Positions 50,885-63,710 of a DNA stretch of 64,000 bases are shown here, piece by piece. A model generated the notes under the pieces. That model worked only from the letters and a program-made list of their open reading frames with translations. It had not been told where the DNA came from and made no database searches. How positions within the stretch are numbered: the stretch's first letter is position 1; each line of letters starts with the position of its first letter. The translations under genes and the position numbers were made by a program. The DNA lies in the NCBI RefSeq assembly GCF_001194135.2, contig NC_069005.1:11008026-11072025 (forward strand). The letters are read 5' to 3'. The stretch comes from Octopus bimaculoides (taxonomy: Eukaryota).

Positions 50885-53800
50885 AGTTTAATGTAGGTAA
50901 CTGACAGCACAGCTTGATATTAAGTTAAATCAGTATATGTACTTAAAACAACAGATCAAAATGATCAAAACAATGTGTAAATATGACATTTATGGGCACA
51001 TTTTTATATTGATGTTAGTATTACATATGTTGGCAGTGTTCCTGTAAGACAGTACTGCAGGGGGCTGCGTTGGTCAGCCAGTCCTGAAATGTATTTCACA
51101 AGAAATGCATTAAATTTTATATTCAGTTTGAATATGGTTTGAGGAATTATCTAATGTAAGAGAGGATAAAATGCTAACTCCCTTCCTTCTAGCATTCATC
51201 TTTTCTCTAATGAAGTCATTAGAGGACTTCTTTGGCTTAGAAAATTTATAAGATGGTTGAAAGTTAACTCTTGAGCATATATACTAGCTATATTTGGTCC
51301 AAATATTCTATCGGTTTTGTGTTTAAACTGGCCTGGTGTGGCCTCTCACACCTACCTTATGTCATTCCAAAAATAGACTCATCAAAACCTTGAAGATAAT
51401 GCCACAGGATAATGCGAGATTAATGGAATGCAATGAATAAGCTTTACAGTGTAATCTGTATGCTAAAGGGTTAAATTAGAAATAATTGTGGTGGGAAGAG
51501 AAAGAAAAAAAATTGCTTATTTAGTTTTCAGGCAAATACAGGAAGAGACAACTTGCAACAGTACTATCATACGTAATATTCTTAGTTGAAATAGTGATGA
51601 AAGATGTACTGTGTAAATGTATAATACTGTACATTGGATGCTGTAGGAGAATGTAACTGTTTAAAGAAGAATTGATGCCATCTGCATGCAAAAAAATAAC
51701 CTTGTTGATTTGATTGACAAATTGAAAGTAGTGTGTGTGTGTGTTGGCTTCTTGTTTTGACATAACTTGATTGTTGTGAATAAATGTCATTTCCAATATT
51801 CTGTGAAAACTTGGTTGACCACAGGGAAATATTACCGTGTTTGAAAACTAGTAAAGGCTGGTGACAAGAAGGGCATCTGGCCATAGTAAATCTGCCCCAA
51901 ACTCTGACCTATGCAAGCATGGAGAAGTGCACATTAAAATATATATATAAATAAAATATAACCTCAAGTTGGCAATAATTGTTAGGTTTCTTATAAAAGG
52001 TATGAGGCTTGAGGTAGGCATTGTTAGCATACTAAATCACTAATTTTAGATTTGCTAATTTAAGTAGGTACATTTTTTTTCTTTTTAAATAACACTCTCA
52101 TCCAAGTCTGTTTTAACTCGTATTTTCCTGTCATCCTTATTGCTGCCCTTCCCACCTAACCGTAAACTAAACGCTAATCCAAAATTATTTAACCTCTGCT
52201 TTGCATGCTGGCATGGGTTAGACAGTTTGACTGGAACTGGTAAGCCGGAGAGCTGAAACAGGTTAGTCTGATTTGGCTTGGTTTCTATGGTTGGATACCC
52301 TTCCTAACAGCAATCACTCCAAGAGTGTAATGGATGCTTTTTACATACCACCAGCACGTCATCGGTCACAGCCATTGGCCAAAAAACATGGCAGTATCTA
52401 TGTTGTTGTTTGATGTGTTAGAAATACCAGCCAAATCTCTAGATACAACGCTTTCTTTGGAAAAGAGGACATGTTAATGAGGTTTTAGATAAATTTTATC
52501 TTGGTTGTAGTCAGGATGTTTTCTAGGATTGATTTTGTCGGCTGCATCAGTGCTAACCTGGGGTTAAACAACTACCTTCAGAAACTCTTTCCCAGCCCGT
52601 GCTTCCCTTACAAGGCATGAAGGCCTGGAATGGCTAAAGAACATTGATCTTTTTCTTTTGACTAATTAAACTGTATTGCACAAGCTCAGAACTTTCCTCT
52701 TAATCTAATGACATTGTAAAAGGCCAATGTTTTTAACCTGTTGGAACAAGACTAAAATTGTCATGACCTCTAATCCTATTTTCAGCAAATATATTTACTT
52801 GAAAGTTATTGATTTGTTTTGGCTAGAAAACGGGGCTGAACTTTCTATAAGAGATCAAATTGATTTCAGTGTACTACAAATACTTATTTTTTACCAATAA
52901 TGAAAGTTTTATCTCTTAGTAGTGAGGTACTGACATATTTACTGTAATAGCTATAGGAATGGCTGTGTGATTAAGAGGCTTGTTTCTCAGCCATGTGGTT
53001 TTGGGTTCACTGCCCACAGCACTGTGGGCAAGTGTTTTCTACTGTAGCCCTTAAACCAGCAAAAGCTTTATGAGTAGATTTGGTAGATGGAAACTGAAAA
53101 AAAGCTCATATTTGTGTTTGTGTATGCCCTTGTCTTAGCAATCACAAAATGATTGTAAATAAGCATCTGTCATACAAGTGGTGTGGTTTCCAATCTTCCA
53201 TGAGAAACATCTGGAAAACAGGTATGGGTTGGTGGCAGGGCATCTGAGTGTAGAAATTCTGCCTCAAATAAATTCTGTCTGATCCATGCAAGCATGGAAA
53301 AATAGATTTGAATACTTTGGCATTTAAACTGGCCATATCCAGCTTAAATTTCCTACCTGTTTTATGTTCAAACCAGCCAGATCTGGCCTTGCACACATTC
53401 CCTACAATGTCATTCTAAAAATGAGCAATCACATCATCAAAATTTCAAAGCTGAGATTTTTGCACAATTAATTCCACACAATGTGAATAAATAAGTATTA
53501 CATTTGACAAGAGTAAACTGAATGTGAAAGGGTTAAATGAGAAATATCAAGTCTGGTGTTTTGACTTGAACATCTCAATGTTGTTAATATTGTGACTAAA
53601 TAGTTCTACTTGAAAATTTTAAAACCATTTTGATGGCTTCTCTGTCTGCAACTGGTTTAATGTTTTCAAGAGATTCATTTGACATTTTTGAATATTTTTT
53701 TTATTTTTGAGACAGTTTTCACTCAGTTTTATGAAATGATGCATGATTAATAATTCAAAAATGTGAATAGATAAACTTTACAATTGATAGAGTAATCTGA

Positions 53801-56800
53801 ATGCTAAAGGGTCAATGATTGTTGTCTACGTTTGCCTCCTTCCCTTACACACATACACACTTCTCTGCTTTTTTATATGTATATACCAAATATATATTTA
53901 CAACTACTAGATCACTAAATTTAAACCCTAACATTTAGACTAGCTATATCTTCCATGAATATTCTACCTGTTTTTTTTATGTTAAAACTGGCCAGATCTG
54001 GCATCTTGCGCCTACCCTACAATGTTTTTTTAAAAATAAACAATCACGTCATCGAAATCTTGAAGGTACGAGATAATACATGATTAATTCAAAACAATGT
54101 GAATAGACAAACATTGTATTTGATGTAGTAGTCTGATTGCTATCTATATTCCCCCACCTCTCCAACTCACAAAAGGAGCAGAGATGTATGTATATACCAT
54201 GTCCTAACATTGCACCTTACATACTTTCTTCAATTGCTGGTACTGCATGATTATCTGCCTTCATTAACAGCAAGGGTCATTCCTTTTTTACCCTTCCTAT
54301 ATTACATGAACTGTCAAACCATCAATTGCTATTTCAACCCTTTCGATACCATCCTGCTTGGGACTACCCATGACCTTATGATACAAATATCCTGCTCGAA
54401 TATTCTGTGTTTTGTGTTCAAACTGGCCAATTCTGGCCCCATACCTATCCTACAATGTCTTTCTAAAAATATGCAATCACATCATTGAAATCTTGAAGTT
54501 ACAAGATAATACATGATTAATTCAAAGCAATGTGTATGATTGACATGGTTATCTGAATGCTAAACGTTTAAATTATAACATTCCATCAAGACATATGTAT
54601 GTTCCAAACACCAGCTTAATGAAGGAGTTGTTTTACTAATTTTTTTTTTATTAAAATTAATTGAAACGAAGCAGTATATTTCTTTATAAATTTGATAAAA
54701 TGTGTTAAACAGAATTACTCTCATCACCTTCATCTTACTAGTTGGACGTGCTTGACTACCAAGACCAGTCACTGGGGGAAGAATTTTCTGTATGGTCACT
54801 CAACATGCTAGAAACAGTAATCAAATTCCTTCAAATCATTGCTTACAGTTTTGAAAATTGGGAAGACTCACTAGCCAATATGGTCCAAGATGTCCCTTTA
54901 TTTCAGTCATTGGACTGTGGCCATGCTGGAGCACCTTGAAGGGCCCTCATAGAATCCACTCTGTACTTAAATCTGATACTTATTCTGTTTCTTTCTGCTA
55001 AATCACTGTTACAGTGACATAAATACTCTAACAAGTTGTCAGTTTCTCTCTCACGCACATGCGCGTGCACGACAGGCTTCTTGCGCAGTTTCCAATTACA
55101 AATTTACTCACAAGGCAGAAGTTGGCCTGGGGCTATTGTAGAAGATACTTGCTTAAGACGCTGCACAGTGATTAAGTTTGTTACTTAACCATGTAATTGC
55201 TTAGTGAACTAAAAACTTCATAGCTGTATCTGCACCAAAATATAGAAATGGATGTGATGATCATGGTTGGAATGGTCTTCCATTATAGACAAGCTTGATC
55301 AAGACTGACCTGAAACTGCAGACATTACTATACTATTTTGTTTGACCCTGTTAAGACTGATTGATGTCAGTACATAATTTCTAGCTTTAACACTAGTGGA
55401 GTTGGTACAGAGGAATACTAAATTTGATTTGTGAGTGGATTTGATAGATGGAAACTGAATAAAGACCATTGTGGGCTTGTGTGATGTAGGTATGTGTGCG
55501 TTTGTGTATATCCTTGTTCAGACAGCAAGTTCTGGTTGTAAACAAGCTTCATTGTTCGACAAACGGTGTCGTTCATCTCCAGGCTTCTGTGGAAAAACAT
55601 GTCTAGCCATAGGGAAATATTACCTTACTTGGAAACGGGTAAGGGTTTGGGTGACAGGAAGGGCATCCAGCCATAGAAAAATCTGCCTCAACAAATTCCA
55701 GCTGACCCCTGCAAGTATCGAAAAATTTACTGAAATTTTGCTTTAATTTCCTCCTTCCCCTCTTGCCAATACTTTTGTAGAACCTGGAAAGATTAAAGAT
55801 GAATTTTAACTCTGGCAGGATTTGAACTAGGGATGTAGACATTTTTATTTAAATATACTCTAAATCTCCAGTCCACCACCCACCACCACTCTTTTTTTCT
55901 TTTGCATTAACACATGTAACAGATATTTGTGTGATTGGTAAAGTGAAACTGAGCTTAGTACACAAGTTATACCTTATTTTTGTTGAGACCAGCAGGAACT
56001 GACTTCAAAATGTGAAGTGCTGAAACTGAAGCTAAAAAAGAAAAATCATTTTAAGATCTGTTAACCAACTGCTGTTGTACTTCAATTATTCCCTTTATTA
56101 TAAGGCCAAATCTTGTACACCAGTGGTTCTTAAAACCTGGGCAATTGGGCAGCCTTCTCTTATGGGTATTTAGGGGTGGAGGAGTTGTGAATTTTCTGGA
56201 AAATAAATTAGGCCAGGTACAATACTTACATTTTAAACATTTCAACAACAAAAAATTTGTAGATTTGTATATGAAGATGACATTGGATTTTCAGTGAGCA
56301 AAAATCTGACCAAGCCTTACGTTCAGTAATTTCCATTAAACCATAGCATAAAGGTGATTATTCACATATGTACTCATGTGTATACACATGTATCTTATTT
56401 CTTTACTACCCACAAGGGGTTACACAGAGGGGACAAACAAGGACAAACGGATTAAGTCGATTACATCGACCCCAATGCATAACTGGTACTTATTTAATTG
56501 ACCCCGAAAGGATGAAAGGCAAAGTCGACCTCAGCAGAATTTGAACTCGGAAGGTAGCAGCAGACTAAATACCTCTCAGCATTTCGCCCGGCGTGCTGAC
56601 GTTTCTGTCAGCTTGCCACCTTTGTATACACATGTATATGTGTATACACAAAGATACATGTGTATAAAGATACTTGTTCAATTAGACTTTAATATTATGC
56701 AGAGGTTTATTATGTATATTTTCTTAGTTTGTTGAAATTGATTTAAAAAATTTTTTTTTATTTGCAATACATGGAAGGAAGGAAGGAAGCATTTGTAAAA

Positions 56801-57065
56801 TAAGATTCCACAACAGTGGTCACTCATCTCTAGGAAGATGAGGGAGTGAAGTTAATTGAAATGACATCACTATAATGATAATGGCTGGTGTTTGATAAAT
56901 CTGCTTGTACAAATGAATGACAAAGTTGATTTCCTAACTCCTATTGTCATTTGTCTGGTGCTGCACCATTTTTTTTTTATGTGGTTACCATACTGCTTTG
57001 TTTTTTTATTTTTTAAATCATTAAATGAAAAATGTGAGATTTTAATGGTTGTTTCACTGTTTCAG

Positions 57066-57080
57066 ATCCCAGCAGTGGGT
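57066..57080 (+). other. EIF4ENIF1: 5' UTR portion of the 4E-T start-codon exon
   Basis: Lies between the TTTCAG acceptor and the ATG at 57081. Confidence 0.6.
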
Positions 57081-57161
57081 ATGATGGAAGGACGGAATGC
57101 TGAAACTAAGAAGACCGATGAAAATGTCCAGCCTGTTCCTCCAATCCATCAGTATAGCAGG
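57081..57161 (+). CDS. EIF4ENIF1: eIF4E transporter (4E-T), first coding exon: MMEGRNAETKKTDENVQPVPPIHQYSR
   Basis: Acceptor tttcactgtttcag|ATC at 57065/57066, ATG at 57081, donor AGG|GTAAGT at 57161/57162 (phase 0). Joined to 63637 it gives HQYSRERLLELKKVPAARSKPLGLSKEF. This carries the canonical eIF4E-binding YxxxxL-phi motif and lines up with human 4E-T HRYTKEELLDIKELPHSKQRPSCLSEKY (recalled from memory, not searched). Confidence 0.85.
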
Positions 57162-58250
57162 GTAAGTACCATGGAGCTTTCAAAGGACATGTTAGTCTCA
57201 ACAGAATTAGTCAACTCTAACATTTTTCTTAGTTTCAGTGTTGTATGGATACTAAGTAGGACAATGAGAATAAGATTATACTAGTGGTCAAGGTTGTTTT
57301 TTTTTTTTTAAGCAGCTTTCAAATAACTGGAACTTGTGACCATGTTTGACTGTGACTACCAAACCTTTGGTGTGTAGTGACATTTTAGGTGATTAGTCAT
57401 TGAAGCAAAACACGCTGATACAAATTGCTTGTCTTCATTGTATGATTGGTAGAAAGAATACCAAAGCAAGGCAGACTGTGGTCTTTTAACTCTGTGTTGT
57501 GTTCCTTGTGTAGTGGGAAGAGCTTAAATGTAATCTCTACCAGATCCTTGTTGAAGCAGTAATGAACTCGCATAGACAAAAAAAACAAATTACTAGAAAT
57601 TAGTAACTGATCACCTTGTAACTTTGTAGTCAAGTTTGTTCGATTCATTGTTAATGATGTCCCCCATAGCTGTTCTTTTACTGTTGTTTTTGATTAAAAA
57701 AAAAAAATTAATTTTTAAATGGATGTTTGTGATGAAACAATCAAGAGATGAACCCAGCACTTCATCTGGTGAACGAGTAAGGCCTAGACTCATTACAGTT
57801 GAGGAAATTATTAATATTTATTCTGCAAATGAAGTTTACTCTTATGCAGACAGTGAGTGATTTGCACAGTGGTGAGGAAAGTAGTGATTTGGGTAAACAA
57901 ATATGGTAGATCAGAGATAGGCCTACTCTTATTTTTATTTTGATGTAAAACGTTTTTTTTGTTGTTTTTTTGTCTATTAGTCTTGCTGCAACTAGCAAAT
58001 GTATTATTGCTATTCCAAATTTTCTTGTGGTTCTGTTAATTAGCTGGCCTGCAATCATTATGCTTGTGTGTATGCAACTATTTACGTTTTTGCTCAGGTG
58101 CCCAGATGGAGGGTCAAGTCACACACACAGGCCCAGGTCTTGTGGGTGATGTTAAGTTTCTCATAACAATTTCTACTGTAGCATCTGTGATAAATATGGT
58201 ACCTTGATAGCATTGTCTATGCAAAAGCTAAATCTTGTGCATTGAGTTAA

Positions 58251-58528
58251 CCCATTACCTCCCATAATTCTATTAACTGGAGATTTTTTTATGAAACTTT
58301 GATTTCTAGCATAAAACGGCCTTAGAAACGCACTGGAATGATCAAAATAACATTTTAAATAGAAATAAGCGAGATATTGGGTGAAAAATTAGCAAACCTC
58401 ATTTGAATATCAGAGAAATATACCTAGTAGATAGAGCAAAAAGGTTAGATATGTGTAAATATCGACAGATAATTACGAAATTTGTAATTTTTAAGTGACC
58501 TCATATGAGATCACTGGTAGGTAATGGG
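58251..58528. mobile_element. 278-bp piggyBac-like MITE in the 4E-T intron
   Basis: TTAA|CCCATTACCTCCCA ... TGGTAGGTAATGGG|TTAA: 14-bp TIRs with 1 mismatch and TTAA TSD. Confidence 0.85.
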
Positions 58529-59024
58529 TTAAGGGTGCTGGGTGGGCCGGGTTGAGATCTATTGGTAATTGTTTCTATTATCAGTCAGAATTATCAGGAA
58601 GAAGGGATCTGATCAAGTAAATGTGTACATGGTGGAAAATGGCATCACATGTAGCAAATGGTACTAAGATATTAATATTGGTGTGCTGACACCTTGCTCA
58701 ATTCAGAACCCCTACCTGTAATTCTTGGTTAATTCCTGGCTGTTCTTACTTTTGAAGTAACCAATCTCTGGGTGGCTAGGGCTCGTGCATGTGTCTAATT
58801 TTGTATGTCAATAGTGACATAATGATTTTCTTAAGGAAGAACAGATGTATTGTAATTGGCATGATGTATCACATCCAATGTCCCCTTCACCACTTCAGGG
58901 AAGCACTTTCTAGAAGATGAAGATGACTGAATTTCCACATTCTGGTCAGTGGTTGTTAGTACTGACATTCTTTGCTTGGGATTGTCTGCTATTGAAAGAC
59001 ATTGAAACAAATAATTCATGTGCT

Positions 59025-59485
59025 TTAATTTCCCTGGGATAATGTTGATTTAGCTTTGCTTACAGGGCATATTTGCAAGGTTTATGATCTTTGTAGATGG
59101 CAAACTACCTACTTCCAAGTCTCAAAAATGTTTTGCATTCATTTCTTGACTAAATACATTCTCATTTCAGTAGGCTTCAGCTTTTGTGATAAAAATGCTA
59201 CAGATTCCTATATTACTGCAGCATTCTAGCAAGGTATTATATTTTCAGGTGTCTTAATTTCCATGGATAGTTGGTTTAATTTTGCTTAAAGGGCATATAT
59301 GTAGGGTTTATGGCCTGTGTGCGAGGCAAACTACTTACTTCCGAGTCTCAAAAGTGTTTTGCTGTCATGTACATAGTGACTTTTGACTAAATACATCCTC
59401 ATTTCAATAGGCTTCAGCTTTTGTCATAAAAATGCAACAGGTTCCTATGTTATTGCAGTACTCTAGCAAGGTATTATATTTTCAG
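59025..59485. repeat. Two-unit tandem duplication, about 230-bp unit
   Basis: 59025-59253 and 59254-59485 share blocks such as GGCAAACTAC, TTGACTAAATACAT, TAGGCTTCAGCTTTTGT and CTAGCAAGGTATTATATTTTCAG. Confidence 0.85.
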
Positions 59486-59729
59486 AAGAACATATTAACA
59501 TTGTAAGTTCAGTGAAATCATTCTTGGTGTGATGGAAAACAGTTTTGCTTGCATTTGACCCATGCAAAAGATTTGCATGAACACTTGAGATGCTTCCAAA
59601 ATAGATCTGTATTTGACATGAATGAGTGGTTGCTGCTCCTCATTCAAGAAAGGCTTGGAAGTTCATGAAACTTAGAAATTATTACCGTTGCCAAATGACA
59701 GAGAGTGGTGTGTGTGTCCCACCACCACT

Positions 59730-59775
<46 letters not shown>

Positions 59776-60419
59776 GAAATCCTTTGGGCTCTGTGTGGTA
59801 TGTTGTCTTAAGAAGATCGAGGCTTTCAACACTTGGCTGAGATATTGCATTGGTGACAACAACCTTCTCAAATAACTGTATTATATGACTGATATGGAGT
59901 GTGTTGATACTTGTTTTTGGTGTCTTGTTAGCAACTAAAACCGTTTTGATGGATATGTAGATGAAAGATATCCCTTGTCACTCGGTTTATAAACTGTTGA
60001 AAAATCATGTATTGTGGTAAACCCAATGGTATGTGGTGTAAATTCTGAACTTGCCGCTGTAGGTAAGGAATTAAGAGTTGGTTGGTTGTTAGCCATGGTG
60101 GTTATACTTTAACCCTTTTAGCATTCAATGTACTCTGGTCAAATGTAATGCTTATTTATTTACACCGTTCTAAATTTTGCAATATCTAGCAGCTTTGAGA
60201 CTTTGTAATTGTATATTTTTAGAATGACATTGTAGGGTAGGTTTGCTAGGCTGGATCTGGTTAATTTGAACATAAAACAGGTACAATATTTTGGTTTGGA
60301 TATGGCTGGCTAAAATGCTAAATGGTTAAAGGCCTAAGACATCATTGCGATTAAATTGTATCAGGCTTGCCAGTATTAATAAGCCATGATTGTTTTATCA
60401 ATTGAAATTCAGTACATAA

Positions 60420-60740
60420 GCACAAGCATGGCCATATGGTAAGAAGCTTGCTTCCCAACCACTTTGTTCTGGGTTCAATCCCTGTGTGGTACCTTGGGCA
60501 AGTGTCTTCTATATCCTTGGGCTGACTAAAACCTTGTGCGTGGATTTGAAAGAAGCCTGGTGTGTGTCTTTGTGTATGTCCTCCCCATCATCGCTTGACA
60601 ACAAGTGTTGGTGTGTTTATGTCCCCATAACTTAGTGTTTCGGCAAAGAGACCAGTAGAATAAGTACTAGGTTTCAAAAAAAAAGTCCTGGGGTTGATAT
60701 GCTTAACTAAAACTCTTCAAGGCAGTGCTTGTAAAAGAAT
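60420..60740 (+). mobile_element. SINE family A copy in the 4E-T intron; a more decayed copy lies at about 62620-62965
   Basis: Head, TTGGGCAAGTGTCTTCT core and GAATAAGTACTAGG 3' block are present. Confidence 0.75.
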
Positions 60741-63636
60741 GTATAATTGATAAATTGAAATTCTCTTCACCTGTTCCTGTTAATTAGCTGAGGAAGAAAA
60801 CTCAGCAAAACAGTATTTACTATACAATGTTAGACAGTAAAGTGTTTCCAAGAACAAAAAAAAAAAGAAACAATGTGTTGTCAGTTGTGCACAAAATTCT
60901 TAACATGGTATGTAATTGTATGAAAGCGATTAAGTTGTAGTGGTCTTGAATCTGTACAGAACAAAAGCATAGACAGGCAAACAACAGTATCAAGTTAGAT
61001 TGTAACATATTTATACTAATATAACATATAGAGAAAAGCAAATACATGAAGGTGGGGGTGTAGATAAATACATACATATATACACATACATTTGTTTCAT
61101 TCATTTGACTTCAGCCTGTTGTATATATATATATACACACAGTTTCAGTCATTGAACTGCAGCTTGCTACATACATATATATATATATATANNNNNNNNN
61201 NNNNNNNNNNNNNNNNNNNNNNNNNNNNNNNNNNNNNNNNNNNNNNNNNNNNNNNNNNNNNNNNNNNNNNNNNNNNNNNNNNNNNNNNNNNNNNNNNNNN
61301 NNNNNNNNNNNNNNNNNNNNNNNNNNNNNNNNNNNNNNNNNNNNNNNNNNNNNNNNNNNNNNNNNNNNNNNNNNNNNNNNNNNNNNNNNNNNNNNNNNNN
61401 NNNNNNNNNNNNNNNNNNNNNNNNNNNNNNNNNNNTATATATATATATATATACATCACACACATACAATATGCAAGATCATTCTTTTAACATTTACTTT
61501 TCCATGCCTGCATGGGGTGGATGGAATTTGTCAAGGCAGATTTTCTACATCCAGATGCCGTTGTTCCCAACCCTCATCTGTTTCTAAGCAAGGTATTATT
61601 TCTGCAAGGCTAAACATCTTTCCATTTAACATTCATTTTCAGTGCTAGCATGGGTTGGACATGTATATAATGGTTTTATTTTTTTTTTAGTTTCCATCTA
61701 TTAAATCTGCTCATAAGGCTTAGGTGATATATCCTAAAACCAAGGTATCACTGTAAAAAAGTGATGATGGTGCCATGTAAAAGGCACCCAGTACATTCTG
61801 TGGAGTGGTTGGTGTTAGGAAGGGCACCAAACCATAAGACAGTGCAGCTGTGTATGGCCCCTGGCCTTGCCAGTTCCTGTCAAGCCATCCAACCCATGTC
61901 AGTATGGAAAATGTACTTTAAATGATGATATGTATGTTCACTAGTGAGTTGCTTTATGGTTAACTGCCAAAAGTGTAAATCTACAAACATTAAACTTCCA
62001 AAAATAACATGCTTTTTTTCCAACAAAGATGGTGTGCTTATAGCTTAATCCCTGTGAAAATGGTAACTTGTTAATTAATGCTCTTTGGTTAGCACAAGTG
62101 GTATGTTTATAAGTGCAACGGAAATTGCATGGCAGAATGGTTTAGAAGTTCACTTTGCAATTTCTATGTCTAGGTTCAATCCTCTTGTATGTCATCTTGG
62201 AGCAAGTGACTTCTACCACTGCCATGGATCAGCTCAGCTCGAATTTTCTGAGCAGAATTAGACTAAAACTGTGCAGAAGCCTGTTGTATGGATTGTACAT
62301 GATATTCAAAGATATGGCCTCATTGCACTGATCCTACTTGAGGATTATGTTATAGGAATGCAACTCTGTGGAATACTCAGCCACTTATGCTAATCCAGTG
62401 AGCAGGTAATTCAGTTAATCAAACAGTTGAAGCCTTATTGTTGAGGCTAGAGATCCTATTTTCTTCATTCCTATTGTACTAAAAAATTGTAGAGGGTAGA
62501 AGGTACATATACAATATTGTAAAATGGCTGTAAGACTTTTCAGCAGAAAATTGGGTAAAATTCAATCATTTTTTTTTTTTCCTAATAAATATTGTAATTA
62601 GTTTAAGCATATAGGCATGTGCATGGTTGTGTAGTTAAAGAGTTTGTTTTGCAACCACGTGGTTTTGGGTTCAGTCTCACGGCACAGTAACTTAGGCAAG
62701 TGTCTACTACCATAGCCCTGGGTTGACCAATGTCATGTGAGTAAATTTGGTACACGGAAACTGAAAGCCTGTTGTGCTTGTGTCTGTTTGCCCCTACCCA
62801 TTGTTTCATTGTGTTGCTCGGCTTTTATACATGCATTCTATCAGCAAAAGAAACCAATATAAGTACCAGACTTAAAAAAGAAAATACTGAAGCCAGTTTG
62901 TTCAAAAGACCCTTCAAGACAATTCCCCAGTTTGGTCGCAGTTTTAAGACTGAAACAGTAAAAGATAATAGTTCACTGCTGATGAATAGTAATGAGTCTT
63001 GTCATTGTTGAAATATAGATTTGCTGGTTCAGCCTGGACCATGGTATTAGTGGCAGGCAAAGGAATGTATGGTATGAAACTTAGTGTTGTTTGCTGGCAA
63101 CAGGTTAAAGTTTAAATATTCAAATTTGTTGTCCCTGCTATGTTTCCATCCCTTGTGCCAAAGACACATTGGATAATTTAGATCTAGATGTACTTTGCCT
63201 TTAAAAAAAAAAAGGTGAAAATAAAAAGAACCAGAAGAAAATAACAAGAATGTTTAATTGTAGAGTTATTTGATCAGGCCTGACCTATGGTTAAATAACA
63301 TTCTTCCTCGTGATGTCAGAGTTTGGACAGTGTTTTTGTGGTATTAGCACTGCTGTAGATAAGTTTGGTTGTGGAGTTTATAAGTGTTCATTTTGTGTCC
63401 AGTAAGTCTTCATGGAGCCCAGTAGTTCCCAGAGTTAGTGGTCCTGCCCCTCTGAGGGTGGTGGCAATAATGCAAGTGGCCAAAAGGGGACCGGTAGATG
63501 TGAAAACAAAATAATGGGTTAATTAGGTGATTTTATTTGAAATACAGTTGTTTTGAATTTGTTTAGTGGATAATACTCCTAGTGAGAAGTTAACAATTTC
63601 AAGCATTTCTTACAGTTGAATTTTATTTAATTTCAG

Positions 63637-63710
63637 GAAAGACTTCTAGAGTTGAAAAAGGTTCCTGCTGCCAGGAGCAAACCATTAGGTCTTTCGAAAG
63701 AATTTTACAC
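63637..63710 (+). CDS. EIF4ENIF1: eIF4E transporter (4E-T), second coding exon: ERLLELKKVPAARSKPLGLSKEFY(T); gene continues beyond the window
   Basis: Acceptor ttttatttaatttcag|GAA and donor AC|GTAAGT. 74 nt, open in phase 0, and completes the YSRERLL motif begun in the previous exon. Confidence 0.85.
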
